Positions 7,798 to 17,039 of a DNA stretch of 43,626 bases are shown here, in pieces. Position 1 is the stretch's first letter; each line of letters opens with the position of its first letter. The translations under genes were made by a program, and so were the position numbers. The notes below the pieces were generated by a model, which made no database searches, was not told where the DNA came from, and worked only from the letters and a program-made list of their open reading frames with translations. The DNA is from a virus (taxonomy: Duplodnaviria; Caudoviricetes). The stretch lies in the IMG/VR virus record IMGVR_UViG_3300011422_000003, positions 1-43,626 of that record; one strand, written 5' to 3'.

Positions 7798-9120
7798 TTA
7801 ATAACTCACAACCCTCCTGGGACTAAAAACAGCAGGAGCAGGTGCACTACCAGAAACATACGCCCCTACATCAGGAGGTACAGAATACACCACCCCGTCA
7901 ATATCACTAACCACCCCTAACCCTGATACACCAAACCCTATAGCTGGCGACCCTATTTGTAAATGGTAATCATCAGCAGCTATATTAACCAAAAGTGGAT
8001 CACTTGTTGAATTACCACTCACCGTATTTCCACTCCCCGTATTACTAAACGCCGTACCATCGCTGAAGATATTATTCGTAATTGTACAACCTGAGCTAAA
8101 TGCTCTAAAGAACGCCCCACTGCTATTTGCCTCACAGATATTATTTCTAAACGATACATTGCTCGTGGGATGTCCAGAGTCTACACCACCTGTAAAACAC
8201 TGCGGATTATTACCCACAATCGTATTATTCCAAATCTGGTGATTACCATTATTACTCCCCTCAACTAAAAACCCAGGGCCAATGTTCTTATAAATCAAAT
8301 TTGCCTCAACCCTTGACCCTGTGATAAAGTGATACAGTGTAATCCCCCCACCACTACCCGCCGCCCTCAACCCATTGTTAAAAACCCTATTCCTTGCAAT
8401 GTAATGCCCATTACTCGCACTACTCGCATTCAACTGTATCCCAAACCCACCACAGTTCTTAAATGTACTTCCAACTGCGGTAAAATCACTCCCTCCAGAT
8501 ACATACAAACAATGTGATCCCTCATGATCCCCTGCTGTCTGGTGTGTTCCATCTACAACACTATTCTCCACCCTCACATTAACACTACTACTCCCTGTAG
8601 CGATACCAAAAGAGTTAGTGCCAACAGAATTACTCACATCTCTAATAAGCATGTTGCTGATAATGATATTTGCCACCCCTGCACCCATACCTATCCCCGC
8701 TGGTGCAGAAGCATTACCTAACGACCGTCCATCAATAACAAAATCTTGAAAGGTCCAATACACTACCCCATTAAGCCCTAATACCTCTACCCCACTACTC
8801 GGTCTCATTTCAGATACACCTACACACGCAGGGGTAGTCTTCATAGTAATAACATTACCGACAGTACCGTCATTGACTGTAATACTCACCCCAAGCCTGG
8901 CTGTTTGTGTAAACACCCCTCCTGTACAATCCAACAAAACGTTATCCCCCGCAACAACTTGCGGAAGCATAAAGGCAAACGTCTGACACGGTGCACCTAC
9001 GGTACAATTAGCATTATTTACCCCCGTCTGTTTAATATACCAATCTCTCGCTAAAACATCTTGCGCAAGGAACGCAAGGAAACTACACACCATAACAAAC
9101 ACCACAAACACATACATCAT
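7798..9120 (-). CDS. Right-handed parallel beta-helix (pectin-lyase-like) protein with signal peptide
   Basis: Repeated N/G-rich rungs; C-terminal DPLLV...[11 protein letters not shown]...PDVGAY; hydrophobic N-terminus ending VLA|RDWYI. Confidence 0.85.
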   Translation of the reverse strand: MMYVFVVFVMVCSFLAFLAQDVLARDWYIKQTGVNNANCTVGAPCQTFAFMLPQVVAGDNVLLDCTGGVFTQTARLGVSITVNDGTVGNVITMKTTPACVGVSEMRPSSGVEVLGLNGVVYWTFQDFVIDGRSLGNASAPAGIGMGAGVANIIISNMLIRDVSNSVGTNSFGIATGSSSVNVRVENSVVDGTHQTAGDHEGSHCLYVSGGSDFTAVGSTFKNCGGFGIQLNASSASNGHYIARNRVFNNGLRAAGSGGGITLYHFITGSRVEANLIYKNIGPGFLVEGSNNGNHQIWNNTIVGNNPQCFTGGVDSGHPTSNVSFRNNICEANSSGAFFRAFSSGCTITNNIFSDGTAFSNTGSGNTVSGNSTSDPLLVNIAADDYHLQIGSPAIGFGVSGLGVVSDIDGVVYSVPPDVGAYVSGSAPAPAVFSPRRVVSY

Positions 9121-10292
9121 GCTGGTGTCCTTCCTAATGTCAACTCCACCCCTATAACCCTTACAGCATTATTATGACCATCCCCTGCATCTGTAGCATA
9201 CCTCCCCAACTGCACATGCCACAAATTCCCCGCATTACACCCCGTCATTACAACAGGACTCACAACAGCATCATTTAACTGATTCGCAGTCGCTTTGGCA
9301 TTATCAACCACCGTCGACAACACAAACGATGGTGTATCTAAAACCCCATCAGCGGTACAAGCCGTCCCCACCTTAAAAGTCACCCCTTCTACACCCCCTT
9401 GTGTAGAAAGCCACTTCACCTTAGCAGTCACACTAACCCCACTATTCCAATCATCAGGTAACACCAATGTTATCTGCACTGTCAAATCAACACTGTTTGC
9501 AAACTCTGCTACAGCCTTTTGTATACTCGCTCCTGTAAGACACACTGCAATAGGTGCGCTAGCTGTAGGTACATCCCACAATAACGCCGGTGTGGTATTC
9601 TGACATGATGCTAAAGGCAACCATATCTTACTCGTTGTCACTCCACTACTACCTGCAGGTGTTCCCCACGTTCCATCCCCCCTCCAAAAGGTTGTAGCAC
9701 TTGCCCCACTACCACTCCCTAAATTAGCAACAGGTAAATTCCCTGTTACCTCCGTCGTCAAGCTAACATTACTCGCTGATAGCACCCCACTTGTTAAATG
9801 AGCAACTCCTGTCCCTGTTGCTCTCTTACCAGTCTTCCCCGCTGTACCACTAAACAATACAACCTCACCGTCAACAGATGTAGCTGTGTTACTGCTAAAA
9901 TCTCCTCCACCTCCCCCACCACCACCAGAGGTACGGAGCATGTTATTAGGTTTATCCCACACGTTGTTGAGAATCGTCCGTGTAGTCTCAAACGCTCCTT
10001 GTGCTCCCACTCCCGGAGTAGTCATTAACCTCGCATTTGCCTTATCCCACACATTGTTAAATATAGTCTGCTCAGTCTCAAACACCTGTTGTGCATCAGC
10101 TACTCTAAGAGTTGTCCCACTAGAGGTAGTTACAGGTAGATTATCTACACCTACTTTATCCCCCGCATCCCATACACTATTAGGTATCGAGGTTACTACC
10201 TCCTCTTCCTCCACCACATCTCTAGAAAATCTCACATGCACAGCAAAGAACGCCACCACAGCTAACACTGCTACAACTGCAATCCTTTTCAT
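9117..10292 (-). CDS. Putative fibre/virion appendage protein with N-terminal signal-like segment
   Basis: [10 protein letters not shown] and [10 protein letters not shown] fibre-type motifs, poly-Gly hinge, three N[SN]VWD repeats, C-terminal beta domain. Confidence 0.7.
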   Translation of the reverse strand: MKRIAVVAVLAVVAFFAVHVRFSRDVVEEEEVVTSIPNSVWDAGDKVGVDNLPVTTSSGTTLRVADAQQVFETEQTIFNNVWDKANARLMTTPGVGAQGAFETTRTILNNVWDKPNNMLRTSGGGGGGGGDFSSNTATSVDGEVVLFSGTAGKTGKRATGTGVAHLTSGVLSASNVSLTTEVTGNLPVANLGSGSGASATTFWRGDGTWGTPAGSSGVTTSKIWLPLASCQNTTPALLWDVPTASAPIAVCLTGASIQKAVAEFANSVDLTVQITLVLPDDWNSGVSVTAKVKWLSTQGGVEGVTFKVGTACTADGVLDTPSFVLSTVVDNAKATANQLNDAVVSPVVMTGCNAGNLWHVQLGRYATDAGDGHNNAVRVIGVELTLGRTPA

Positions 10293-10302
10293 CCCTTCTC
10301 CT

Positions 10303-10494
10303 CTACACCTTAAATGCCCCTACCGCTTTCCTTTTTATCTTCACAAGACACCACTTACACGTCACTTCATCATCAAACACACTCACCACCCCTTTCCTCT
10401 TCACCTCATCATCAAGTGCAAACGGCTCACACAACTTATACCCAAACTCTCCATCAATCTTCTTATGCACTACCAACTTCCTTACAAGTGGCAC
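10303..10494 (-). CDS. Small zinc-binding protein
   Basis: VH...LC...VTCKWC; same pattern as 5162-5440. Confidence 0.65.
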   Translation of the reverse strand: MPLVRKLVVHKKIDGEFGYKLCEPFALDDEVKRKGVVSVFDDEVTCKWCLVKIKRKAVGAFKV

Positions 10495-10505
10495 TACTTA
10501 CCCCC

Positions 10506-11021
10506 TCATATAAACATCTGAGCAGCTCTAACCACCGCTTCAGCAAGGACTCCATGTTCACTCTTCGCCTTCTCTAACAACGTATTAATCCTCTCTAACT
10601 CCACACTAGCCTCTCGTATATCCTTCTCATACCTCTCAACCTCCTCCTTCATCTCCCCTCTCATCTTCTCATTCTCCCCCTCCAACTTCGCCTTTGTCGC
10701 TTCCAACTTCCTTATATTCTCCTCAACCTGCTCCCCCCTCTTCCTCTCATACGCTGCAATGTTCTTCTCCACCTTATCCAACGCAACCTTCTCCTGCGCT
10801 TGCATGTTACTCAACCGTTGCTGCACTTCCTCCACCTTCCCCTCTACCTCACTCAACTTATCCAAAGCGGGCTGCAACTCCGTCTTTACCTTCCTATACG
10901 TCTGTAACACCTTCCCTGCATTCTCCAGACTCTTCCTCTCTTGCACTAACCTACTCAACACCGCTTCAGCATTCCCAACATCCTCAAGAGACACTTGCTC
11001 TGCCATATCCTTACCCTCCAC
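10506..11021 (-). CDS. Coiled-coil protein
   Basis: E/K-rich heptads over almost the whole length. Confidence 0.8.
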   Translation of the reverse strand: MEGKDMAEQVSLEDVGNAEAVLSRLVQERKSLENAGKVLQTYRKVKTELQPALDKLSEVEGKVEEVQQRLSNMQAQEKVALDKVEKNIAAYERKRGEQVEENIRKLEATKAKLEGENEKMRGEMKEEVERYEKDIREASVELERINTLLEKAKSEHGVLAEAVVRAAQMFI

Positions 11022-11718
11022 TTGCGATAGTCAAATTATAAGTAGTCTGCAATCCATCACCATTCGTCCCTACTAATGGAAAAGCCCCCGTCAGTGACCT
11101 ATCCCACATTGTACCGGCAGCATTAGCTGAGAACAGTCCATGCTCTGCCACTGTAGGTGTTCCACTATCCAACGTATTCGTTGCTACACTTGTGTACACA
11201 TCACTCGTCGGTTGACTCTGCACTCCTGTTGCCCTGATATTCCCTGTATACTCTGTTGTCAACTCTGTTGTCAACGCTGTCTGCGTAGCAGCTTCAGCTG
11301 TACTCCCTGTCCCAAGACCATGAAAGTTAAACGTTGTTAAATCAAACCCCGCTGCTGTGGCAGCATCAAACTCATCTACCAACTCATCTCTCCCTGCATT
11401 TGTCACCACGTTAAAACTCGCTATCCCAAACAACCTATCCTCCCCTGAAAGCCCATCAAACTTCCTCACCCACAGTGTTCCATACATAAACTTATGCCCA
11501 CTAATTGCACTCGCTTTCTTCATCAACTGCAACTTCCACACCTGACCTATCAACCTCTTCGCATTTGCACAGCGCCACTTCATCACCTCTGGTGCTAACC
11601 CCGTGTGAGGCATACTCCAATACACCACCTCCTTAAACGTCAACCTCCCCTTTGGTATAGCCTCAACCTTACTCACCCTCACAACCCCAAACGGTCTTAC
11701 TACACTCTCAGCATTCAC
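11011..11718 (-). CDS. Putative virion structural protein (tail-collar/fibre-attachment-like)
   Basis: NVVTNAG, GTGST...TAL..E and EHGLF...GTM.DR motifs. Confidence 0.7.
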   Translation of the reverse strand: MNAESVVRPFGVVRVSKVEAIPKGRLTFKEVVYWSMPHTGLAPEVMKWRCANAKRLIGQVWKLQLMKKASAISGHKFMYGTLWVRKFDGLSGEDRLFGIASFNVVTNAGRDELVDEFDAATAAGFDLTTFNFHGLGTGSTAEAATQTALTTELTTEYTGNIRATGVQSQPTSDVYTSVATNTLDSGTPTVAEHGLFSANAAGTMWDRSLTGAFPLVGTNGDGLQTTYNLTIASGG

Positions 11719-11720
11719 AA

Positions 11721-13412
11721 CTACCTCCTTACCTTTCTCCTAAACCACGGTAGCATTGTACTCAACACTACCCCGCTACCTGCTATAAAGACACTCGTAA
11801 GACTTCCAGCTAACCCTACCAACCCCACTGCTCCACTCAACGTCACCCTCCTGATATAGTTTACAACTAAACCCCCTACTGGTGTTACACTGCCACTCAA
11901 CCTCTTACTCACTACCTTAACAACACTCCCTACTGGTGTAACCACCCCTCCCAAAACCTTACTAACCCTCTTAACAACACTACCACTTACCCCTACACTA
12001 CCACTCAACACCTTACCAACCCTCTTAACCAAACTCCCTGACAGAGCTACAGCACCAGCTAAGATAACACTAAACCGCGCTGCATTTATCACACCCCCTA
12101 CAGGTGTAACTACCCCTACCAGTATCTTACCAACTCTCTTAACCACCACACCAGTAGGTGTAACTACCCCACCTACTACCTTATTAACCCCCTTAACAAC
12201 TACCCCTGATAACGCTACAGCCCCGTCAACTGTAACTACATATAAAGTCCCACCGCCACTGATAAAAACACTTGATATACTACCAACAAAAGAAAGCGCA
12301 CCGCTTAACACTTTATTAACCTGTTTACTTAGCACCCCTAAAGGTGTTACTACCCCTACAAATACCTTATTAACCTGTTTACTCAACACCCCTGTAGGTG
12401 TAACTGTACCTAACAAAGTCTTATTAACCCGCTTTACAAGCAACCCAACCGGTGTCAAAGAGCCCGCTAAACTAACAGCACTTCTAAGGGCAACTGCTAA
12501 TGTTCCACTCACACCTACAACACCACTCAACACCTTCCTTACCGATTTAACAAGCAACCCAACTGGTGTTAACCCTGCTGATAATGCTTTATTAACCTGC
12601 TTTACTAACACCCCTACAGGTGTAAAAGTACCAGCAACTGTTGTTGTGTACAGTGTACCACCACCAGCTTGAGGGCGGATTACATACCTATACGCTGTCT
12701 GCCACCAAGGTCCAGACAAACTTACTGGACGCCAACCACCATTACTGTCAAAGTTCACATTGGTAAGTGTACCAGTGTTACCATTAATACGCTCACGTGC
12801 TACTGTGGTTGTTGCCCCCTCAACACCGTCAAGTAAATCCCAAAACCCCACAGGAATACCAAGTGCATAAGGACCGAGAGTTGCTAATACCAGCATAGAC
12901 TCAGTTGTATTGTAATCTCTATTATAAATAGCAATCCAATCCAGTGTTCCATCCATGAAGTCGCTAAAACTGGCACCGGTATTCGTCCACGCACCTATGG
13001 TGTAATCCTCACCAGCTGCAGGGCCAGTATACGTCCATGGGTTTCGAGTAGCGGTTTCATTGAAAACGATAGCCTTGGTCTCAAGATTATAGCAAAAGTG
13101 GCGTACATTATTTGATGCAGCACTTGTAACAGTTGTAGCCAGGAAATACCATACATTCGCTGCAACAGAGCCCGTACTTGCAAATGATGTTACAGACCCA
13201 CTATTATCTGACAGGTGCATATTATTTGTGTTATTAATCTCCCACTCAATCCCCCTTGCAACACTGTTAGTGGCGATTTGTAAGAGGCCATGCCAGCGGG
13301 TAACAGCATCAAATCGTACAACGCAAGCCATCGTAATTGGCAGTGCTGTTGGGGCACCTACAGTATCAGTAGTACTAATCCTTGCGTCTGTTCCATCAAA
13401 TTGAACTGGCAT
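11721..13412 (-). CDS. LamG/concanavalin-like domain plus ~18-aa repeat stalk (putative fibre)
   Basis: FDGTD, WYFLA, YTIGA and DWIAIYNR LamG motifs; C-terminal repeats of the type LxGxVTPxGxLxKxVxK. Confidence 0.8.
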   Translation of the reverse strand: MPVQFDGTDARISTTDTVGAPTALPITMACVVRFDAVTRWHGLLQIATNSVARGIEWEINNTNNMHLSDNSGSVTSFASTGSVAANVWYFLATTVTSAASNNVRHFCYNLETKAIVFNETATRNPWTYTGPAAGEDYTIGAWTNTGASFSDFMDGTLDWIAIYNRDYNTTESMLVLATLGPYALGIPVGFWDLLDGVEGATTTVARERINGNTGTLTNVNFDSNGGWRPVSLSGPWWQTAYRYVIRPQAGGGTLYTTTVAGTFTPVGVLVKQVNKALSAGLTPVGLLVKSVRKVLSGVVGVSGTLAVALRSAVSLAGSLTPVGLLVKRVNKTLLGTVTPTGVLSKQVNKVFVGVVTPLGVLSKQVNKVLSGALSFVGSISSVFISGGGTLYVVTVDGAVALSGVVVKGVNKVVGGVVTPTGVVVKRVGKILVGVVTPVGGVINAARFSVILAGAVALSGSLVKRVGKVLSGSVGVSGSVVKRVSKVLGGVVTPVGSVVKVVSKRLSGSVTPVGGLVVNYIRRVTLSGAVGLVGLAGSLTSVFIAGSGVVLSTMLPWFRRKVRR

Positions 13413-13581
13413 CGTCTGCCCTTAGTATGAGCACACTGATAATCATAAGCCCTGGACGCTCATATATCCGTCGATGGACAGCAAACCAAAGTTTAACTTG
13501 CCGCTCAAGTGGTGCTGTATGATGTATACGTACTGTGCTGCCATCACTGTAGTTTACATCTATGACAAACAACGCCATCAT
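13396..13581 (-). CDS. Small protein, tandem paralogue 3
   Basis: MALFVIDVNYSDGSTV...YERPGL. Confidence 0.7.
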   Translation of the reverse strand: MMALFVIDVNYSDGSTVRIHHTAPLERQVKLWFAVHRRIYERPGLMIISVLILRADDASSI

Positions 13582-13781
13582 TGTACCCTTTGTGCTTCGA
13601 CTGCTGCTATACTTGTAATTGTCAGCTCCGGACGCTCATATTTACTCTGATTCTCTGTAACAACAGCTATGGCCTTATCCCTTGCCAGCAACATATGTTC
13701 TTGCTCAACGACATCAACAGTAATACCAACGGTACTATTGTCATTGTAAGTAATAATAACTTGAAAGAGATAATCAGCCAC
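13578..13781 (-). CDS. Small protein, tandem paralogue 2
   Basis: MADYLFQVIITYNDNSTV...YERPEL. Confidence 0.75.
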   Translation of the reverse strand: MADYLFQVIITYNDNSTVGITVDVVEQEHMLLARDKAIAVVTENQSKYERPELTITSIAAVEAQRVQ

Positions 13782-13980
13782 GTGTATTCCTATCCCTTAC
13801 GGTTGTTCTACGAATAGCTTGTGTTCCACGCCGGTATTTAGTATCAGCATATTGTGCTACAAATGCATCGAGTTCAGTACGTGCTTCACTGCGGGATGCT
13901 ACATTTGTAACATCAACTGTGATCGTATCAACTGTCTGGTCTCGCTGTTCAATATCAACCTCAAATAAAAAATCAGCCAT
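13774..13980 (-). CDS. Small protein, tandem paralogue 1
   Basis: Start reassigned to ATG 13980; MADFLFEVDI...ITVDV...KYRR. Confidence 0.75.
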   Translation of the reverse strand: MADFLFEVDIEQRDQTVDTITVDVTNVASRSEARTELDAFVAQYADTKYRRGTQAIRRTTVRDRNTRG

Positions 13981-13987
13981 AGCACAC

Positions 13988-14524
13988 CTATGTTGTTGTA
14001 TACGTGAAGTATACACCTGTAACCTGCGCATCCACAGCGTTTAATGTATCTGATGCGTTATCAGCGTCTCTACCAACCATAACAGTAATCATATCTTCTG
14101 CAGCGGCACTGTCACTCGCCGGTGTAATAGATGTTGTCTGTAACGCTTGACTTGTAGTACCTGCTGCGGTTGTTGCTGTTGAGACTGTATTGAAAATCTT
14201 ACTATTAGGAACCTCTGTACCACCTGGGGTTATAGCAGCTATAGCTGACTTCCACACTACGTTAGCTGCACCTGTCCCTGATGCACGCTTCCAGTGAATA
14301 ACAACAGTCCCTCCTGATGCGTAATCCCCAGGAAGTACAAACGTAAAGAGCGCATGCTCATCACTTGTACCGTCAAAGAGCAACTCAGTAAAGTACACAT
14401 CTGGTGCATTGGTAGGTTCTGTTCCTGTTGATTTAACAACTTGAGCTTGACAGAACAAGTTGTTAGTTGTCCCATCCGGTAGTGTAAGCGGTCCAGGCCA
14501 GAGTATAATTGTCCCCGTTGCCAT
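13988..14524 (-). CDS. Beta-rich structural protein paralogous to the C-terminal domain of 9117-10292
   Basis: FVLPGDYASG...W versus [10 protein letters not shown]...W; VGRDADNASD versus [10 protein letters not shown]. Confidence 0.75.
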   Translation of the reverse strand: MATGTIILWPGPLTLPDGTTNNLFCQAQVVKSTGTEPTNAPDVYFTELLFDGTSDEHALFTFVLPGDYASGGTVVIHWKRASGTGAANVVWKSAIAAITPGGTEVPNSKIFNTVSTATTAAGTTSQALQTTSITPASDSAAAEDMITVMVGRDADNASDTLNAVDAQVTGVYFTYTTT

Positions 14525-14548
14525 AAAAGCCCCTTTATACCATACCTA

Positions 14549-14911
14549 TTACCTCTTCTTTACAATATACACCGCTATAAACACAGCTACTCCCGCACCA
14601 CCTGTTACAACCCCCTTGATAGACTGCACAGCAGGTCCAACTGGCTTAATTGGCCCCAACGGTGTCAATGATGTAAAAGAAAGTGGTGAGCCATACGCAT
14701 CATCCATTGCACCAAACACAACCCCATTTAATGACCCTTGAATACTAACCGTACTCCCCCCTACTGTTCCATACACATGCACACTCACATCGCTATAGCC
14801 ATCATTAATGGTCAACACACTTGTACTGTCACCTGTAGCTAACGGTCCTGCAACCAATAACGTCGCATTCATTATTGCATCAGGTTGAACAATGAAACCC
14901 ACCTCAGCCAT
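14549..14911 (-). CDS. Small beta-sandwich structural protein (decoration/spike-base-like)
   Basis: VHVYGTVGGSTVSIQGSLNG pattern; start reassigned to ATG 14911. Confidence 0.65.
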   Translation of the reverse strand: MAEVGFIVQPDAIMNATLLVAGPLATGDSTSVLTINDGYSDVSVHVYGTVGGSTVSIQGSLNGVVFGAMDDAYGSPLSFTSLTPLGPIKPVGPAVQSIKGVVTGGAGVAVFIAVYIVKKR

Positions 14912-15191
14912 TACGCTCCCCCTCTTCATACCTCTTCACATCAGCAGCCATTTGTATCTCCATCTCCACCCTCTCAATCGCTGCACTTACACTCGCTTTC
15001 ACCAAACCAATATCACTCAACACCCTCGCTAACCCCTCATCATTATCAAGTGTAAGTGACACTTTATGTATATCTTCCACCAACTCAAGCATCGCTTTGT
15101 ATACACTCAACACACTTTTCTCTTCACTCTCTTCACTCTCTTCAATAGGGGGCTTCACACTTGTTCTCGCTACTCTTGGCTTCTCCATCAC
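14904..15191 (-). CDS. Hypothetical protein
   Basis: Overlaps neighbours in the leftward operon. Confidence 0.65.
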   Translation of the reverse strand: MMEKPRVARTSVKPPIEESEESEEKSVLSVYKAMLELVEDIHKVSLTLDNDEGLARVLSDIGLVKASVSAAIERVEMEIQMAADVKRYEEGERNG

Positions 15192-15517
15192 TTCACCTCA
15201 CTTTTCATAAACTTCCCATTACTGCCCCTAGCAGGCATAGTAACGTTACTAGCTGTTGCCATATACTTAACATCTTCCTTTTCTTGTGCTTGCAGTGCTG
15301 TAAAGAGCTGCCTTTCAAACTCCTCATCAACAGCTTTCACAATACCCTTCTTCACAGGTATAAACGCTACGCTAAACATATACCCCGTCTCAGTCGGCTT
15401 CAAATCAACAATCTCTACACTCTCCTTAAACATCTTCCTGTTAAAGTATTCACCTACTATCTTACTAATCAACTCACTTGAGAGGATGACAACGGTATCC
15501 GCCTCTAACTCAGCCAT
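15188..15517 (-). CDS. Hypothetical protein
   Basis: Operon position; C-terminal RGSNGKF motif. Confidence 0.7.
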   Translation of the reverse strand: MAELEADTVVILSSELISKIVGEYFNRKMFKESVEIVDLKPTETGYMFSVAFIPVKKGIVKAVDEEFERQLFTALQAQEKEDVKYMATASNVTMPARGSNGKFMKSEVK

Positions 15518-16203
15518 TTTCTACCTCATTATACATCTTAACAGGCTCTCTTGTTGTACTTTTATACTCATTAGAATCAAATATAACATCTATCATCTTC
15601 AAAAAGGTTTCCTTACTTATACTGCATGAAGGTGAAAAGGTATGAAATTCCTCCTTTACATCATCTGACGGTATATTAACAACAACCTCTATAGTAATAT
15701 GTCTAGTTATCACCTATACACCCTACCTCATCGTATACTTTATTAGCGTCCTCTCTCACTTCCTCTAAACTCAATCCCTCACTGTATACAAAGACAGCGA
15801 GAGCCTTCACAACAACTTTATATTTTTCCTTTAATGCTTCATATTCTTCCTCTGTCACCATTTCTCCATCCTCCTATAATACCCCCTTCTCTCGTCAATA
15901 ACAGCCCTCATCACCTTCACCCACACCTTTCTCTTAATATGCTTCACCTTCACTCTCAAACGCCTCAAACACCACCCCCCTATTAAAATCAAAAGGTTAA
16001 GCAAGCCGAAACTGATGTTCACCGCCAGAATGAAAAGCGATATTACATACAGAAGTATCGTGTTCATTTAACCGCTCTTGCCAGTAACAACTGAGACTGT
16101 TGTACTGCTCAACCTTTGTCTTTTCATCATACAGCACTTCATCCCACATACTTACAGCTACCAGCACAGACCCATCATCATTAACCGCGACACCCTGTAT
16201 CAT
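15510..16203 (-). other. Run of four small overlapping ORFs (15510-15713, ~15703-15861, 15855-16067, 15997-16203)
   Basis: Translationally coupled short ORFs; 15855-16067 has a TM helix followed by a basic tail. Confidence 0.55.
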
Positions 16204-16238
16204 CTCAACTACCCCACTGCTTCATCACTACAAAAGGG

Positions 16239-16343
16239 AGGTAAAGGCTGACAAGTTATTGGCGAAATGAGAAAATAGCTACGAGCTAGTTACTCCCAAT
16301 AATCGTGCCGTTTTAAGCGGTTTGATAATGCCAGCCTTTACCT
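16239..16343. ncRNA. Intergenic multi-stem element closed by a 12-bp helix
   Basis: AGGTAAAGGCTG 16239-16250/CAGCCTTTACCT 16332-16343; inner TTATTGG/CCAATAA, TAGCT/AGCTA and CCG/CGG stems. Confidence 0.6.
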
Positions 16344-16702
16344 TATACATCGCATTCTTGTCTCTTACTAACCCTCAACCAATCAGCATAGAGCTGCTGT
16401 GCGCTATCACTGTAGACATTGGAGAGTAGCCACTGATACAGTGTCTTATCACCCTGTGGCTTTCCCTTATCATCAAGTGCACCTTTTAACAGTATGGAGA
16501 TGAAGTTGTCATCGTAGAAGGAGTGGAGGAGGGTGTCTGCAATCTTCTTTCTGATGGCATCTCTGTTATCTCTCCCTTTCTTGCCAAGGGAGAACCACCA
16601 TACTCTCCCCCCTGGCTTTTGTTGGATCATGTCAATGATAACATCAGCGGTAGAGAATGCCATATAGCGAAGTTTGCAGTTACGATTCTTAAACGTTCTC
16701 AT
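16343..16702 (-). CDS. Hypothetical protein (119 aa), probably leaderless
   Basis: ATG 16702 lies 7 nt downstream of a consensus -10 box; the longer ORF-track start runs through the promoter. Confidence 0.75.
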   Translation of the reverse strand: MRTFKNRNCKLRYMAFSTADVIIDMIQQKPGGRVWWFSLGKKGRDNRDAIRKKIADTLLHSFYDDNFISILLKGALDDKGKPQGDKTLYQWLLSNVYSDSAQQLYADWLRVSKRQECDV

Positions 16703-16709
16703 CTTGAAG

Positions 16710-16738
16710 ATTATACCAGAAAGGTGTATGCTTTTCAA
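16710..16738 (-). promoter_or_regulatory. Sigma70-type promoter for the leftward block
   Basis: TTGAAA-17 nt-TATAAT with extended -10 TG. Confidence 0.85.
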
Positions 16739-16908
16739 GCATTTTGTTGCGGTCTGAAGGGTGAGTTTGATGAGAGGGAGGAAGGGGGCAATGGCAGTGA
16801 ATAGTTGTGTACCTAACAGCACTAACCCCAAAACACCTTTATCGCTCTTTTCATCCACTGGACTGAGCGATGTGGAGAAACCTGCTGTCACCTTCGACAG
16901 GATACGCA

Positions 16909-16937
16909 TAGTCAAACCTTACCAGTTAGAGTATAAT
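16909..16937 (+). promoter_or_regulatory. Sigma70-type promoter for the terminase operon
   Basis: TAGTCA-17 nt-TATAAT, divergent from the 16710-16738 promoter. Confidence 0.6.
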
Positions 16938-17039
16938 ACTGAGGCGACTTATGAGCAGGAGCAGGTGCAGTTACCTTATACTGCAAAAGGGTTAGGGTTA
17001 CAAGGAAATTATCTCCCTCTCCTACAAAGGATTATGTTA

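Noticed and set aside
9886-10521. Long + strand ORFs opposite the fibre genes (also 10694-11076, 15066-15629 and similar antisense ORFs)
   Set aside because: Shadow frames opposite well-supported genes; low-complexity products and no SD.
7798-14524. Diversity-generating retroelement or invertible fibre cassette
   Set aside because: No reverse transcriptase, recombinase or near-identical template/variable repeat pair; the paralogy is old and visible only at protein level.
16703-17039. ORF-track N-terminal extensions of 16343-16915 (-) and 16761-17387 (+)
   Set aside because: They overlap each other and run through the divergent promoters; shorter starts fit better.
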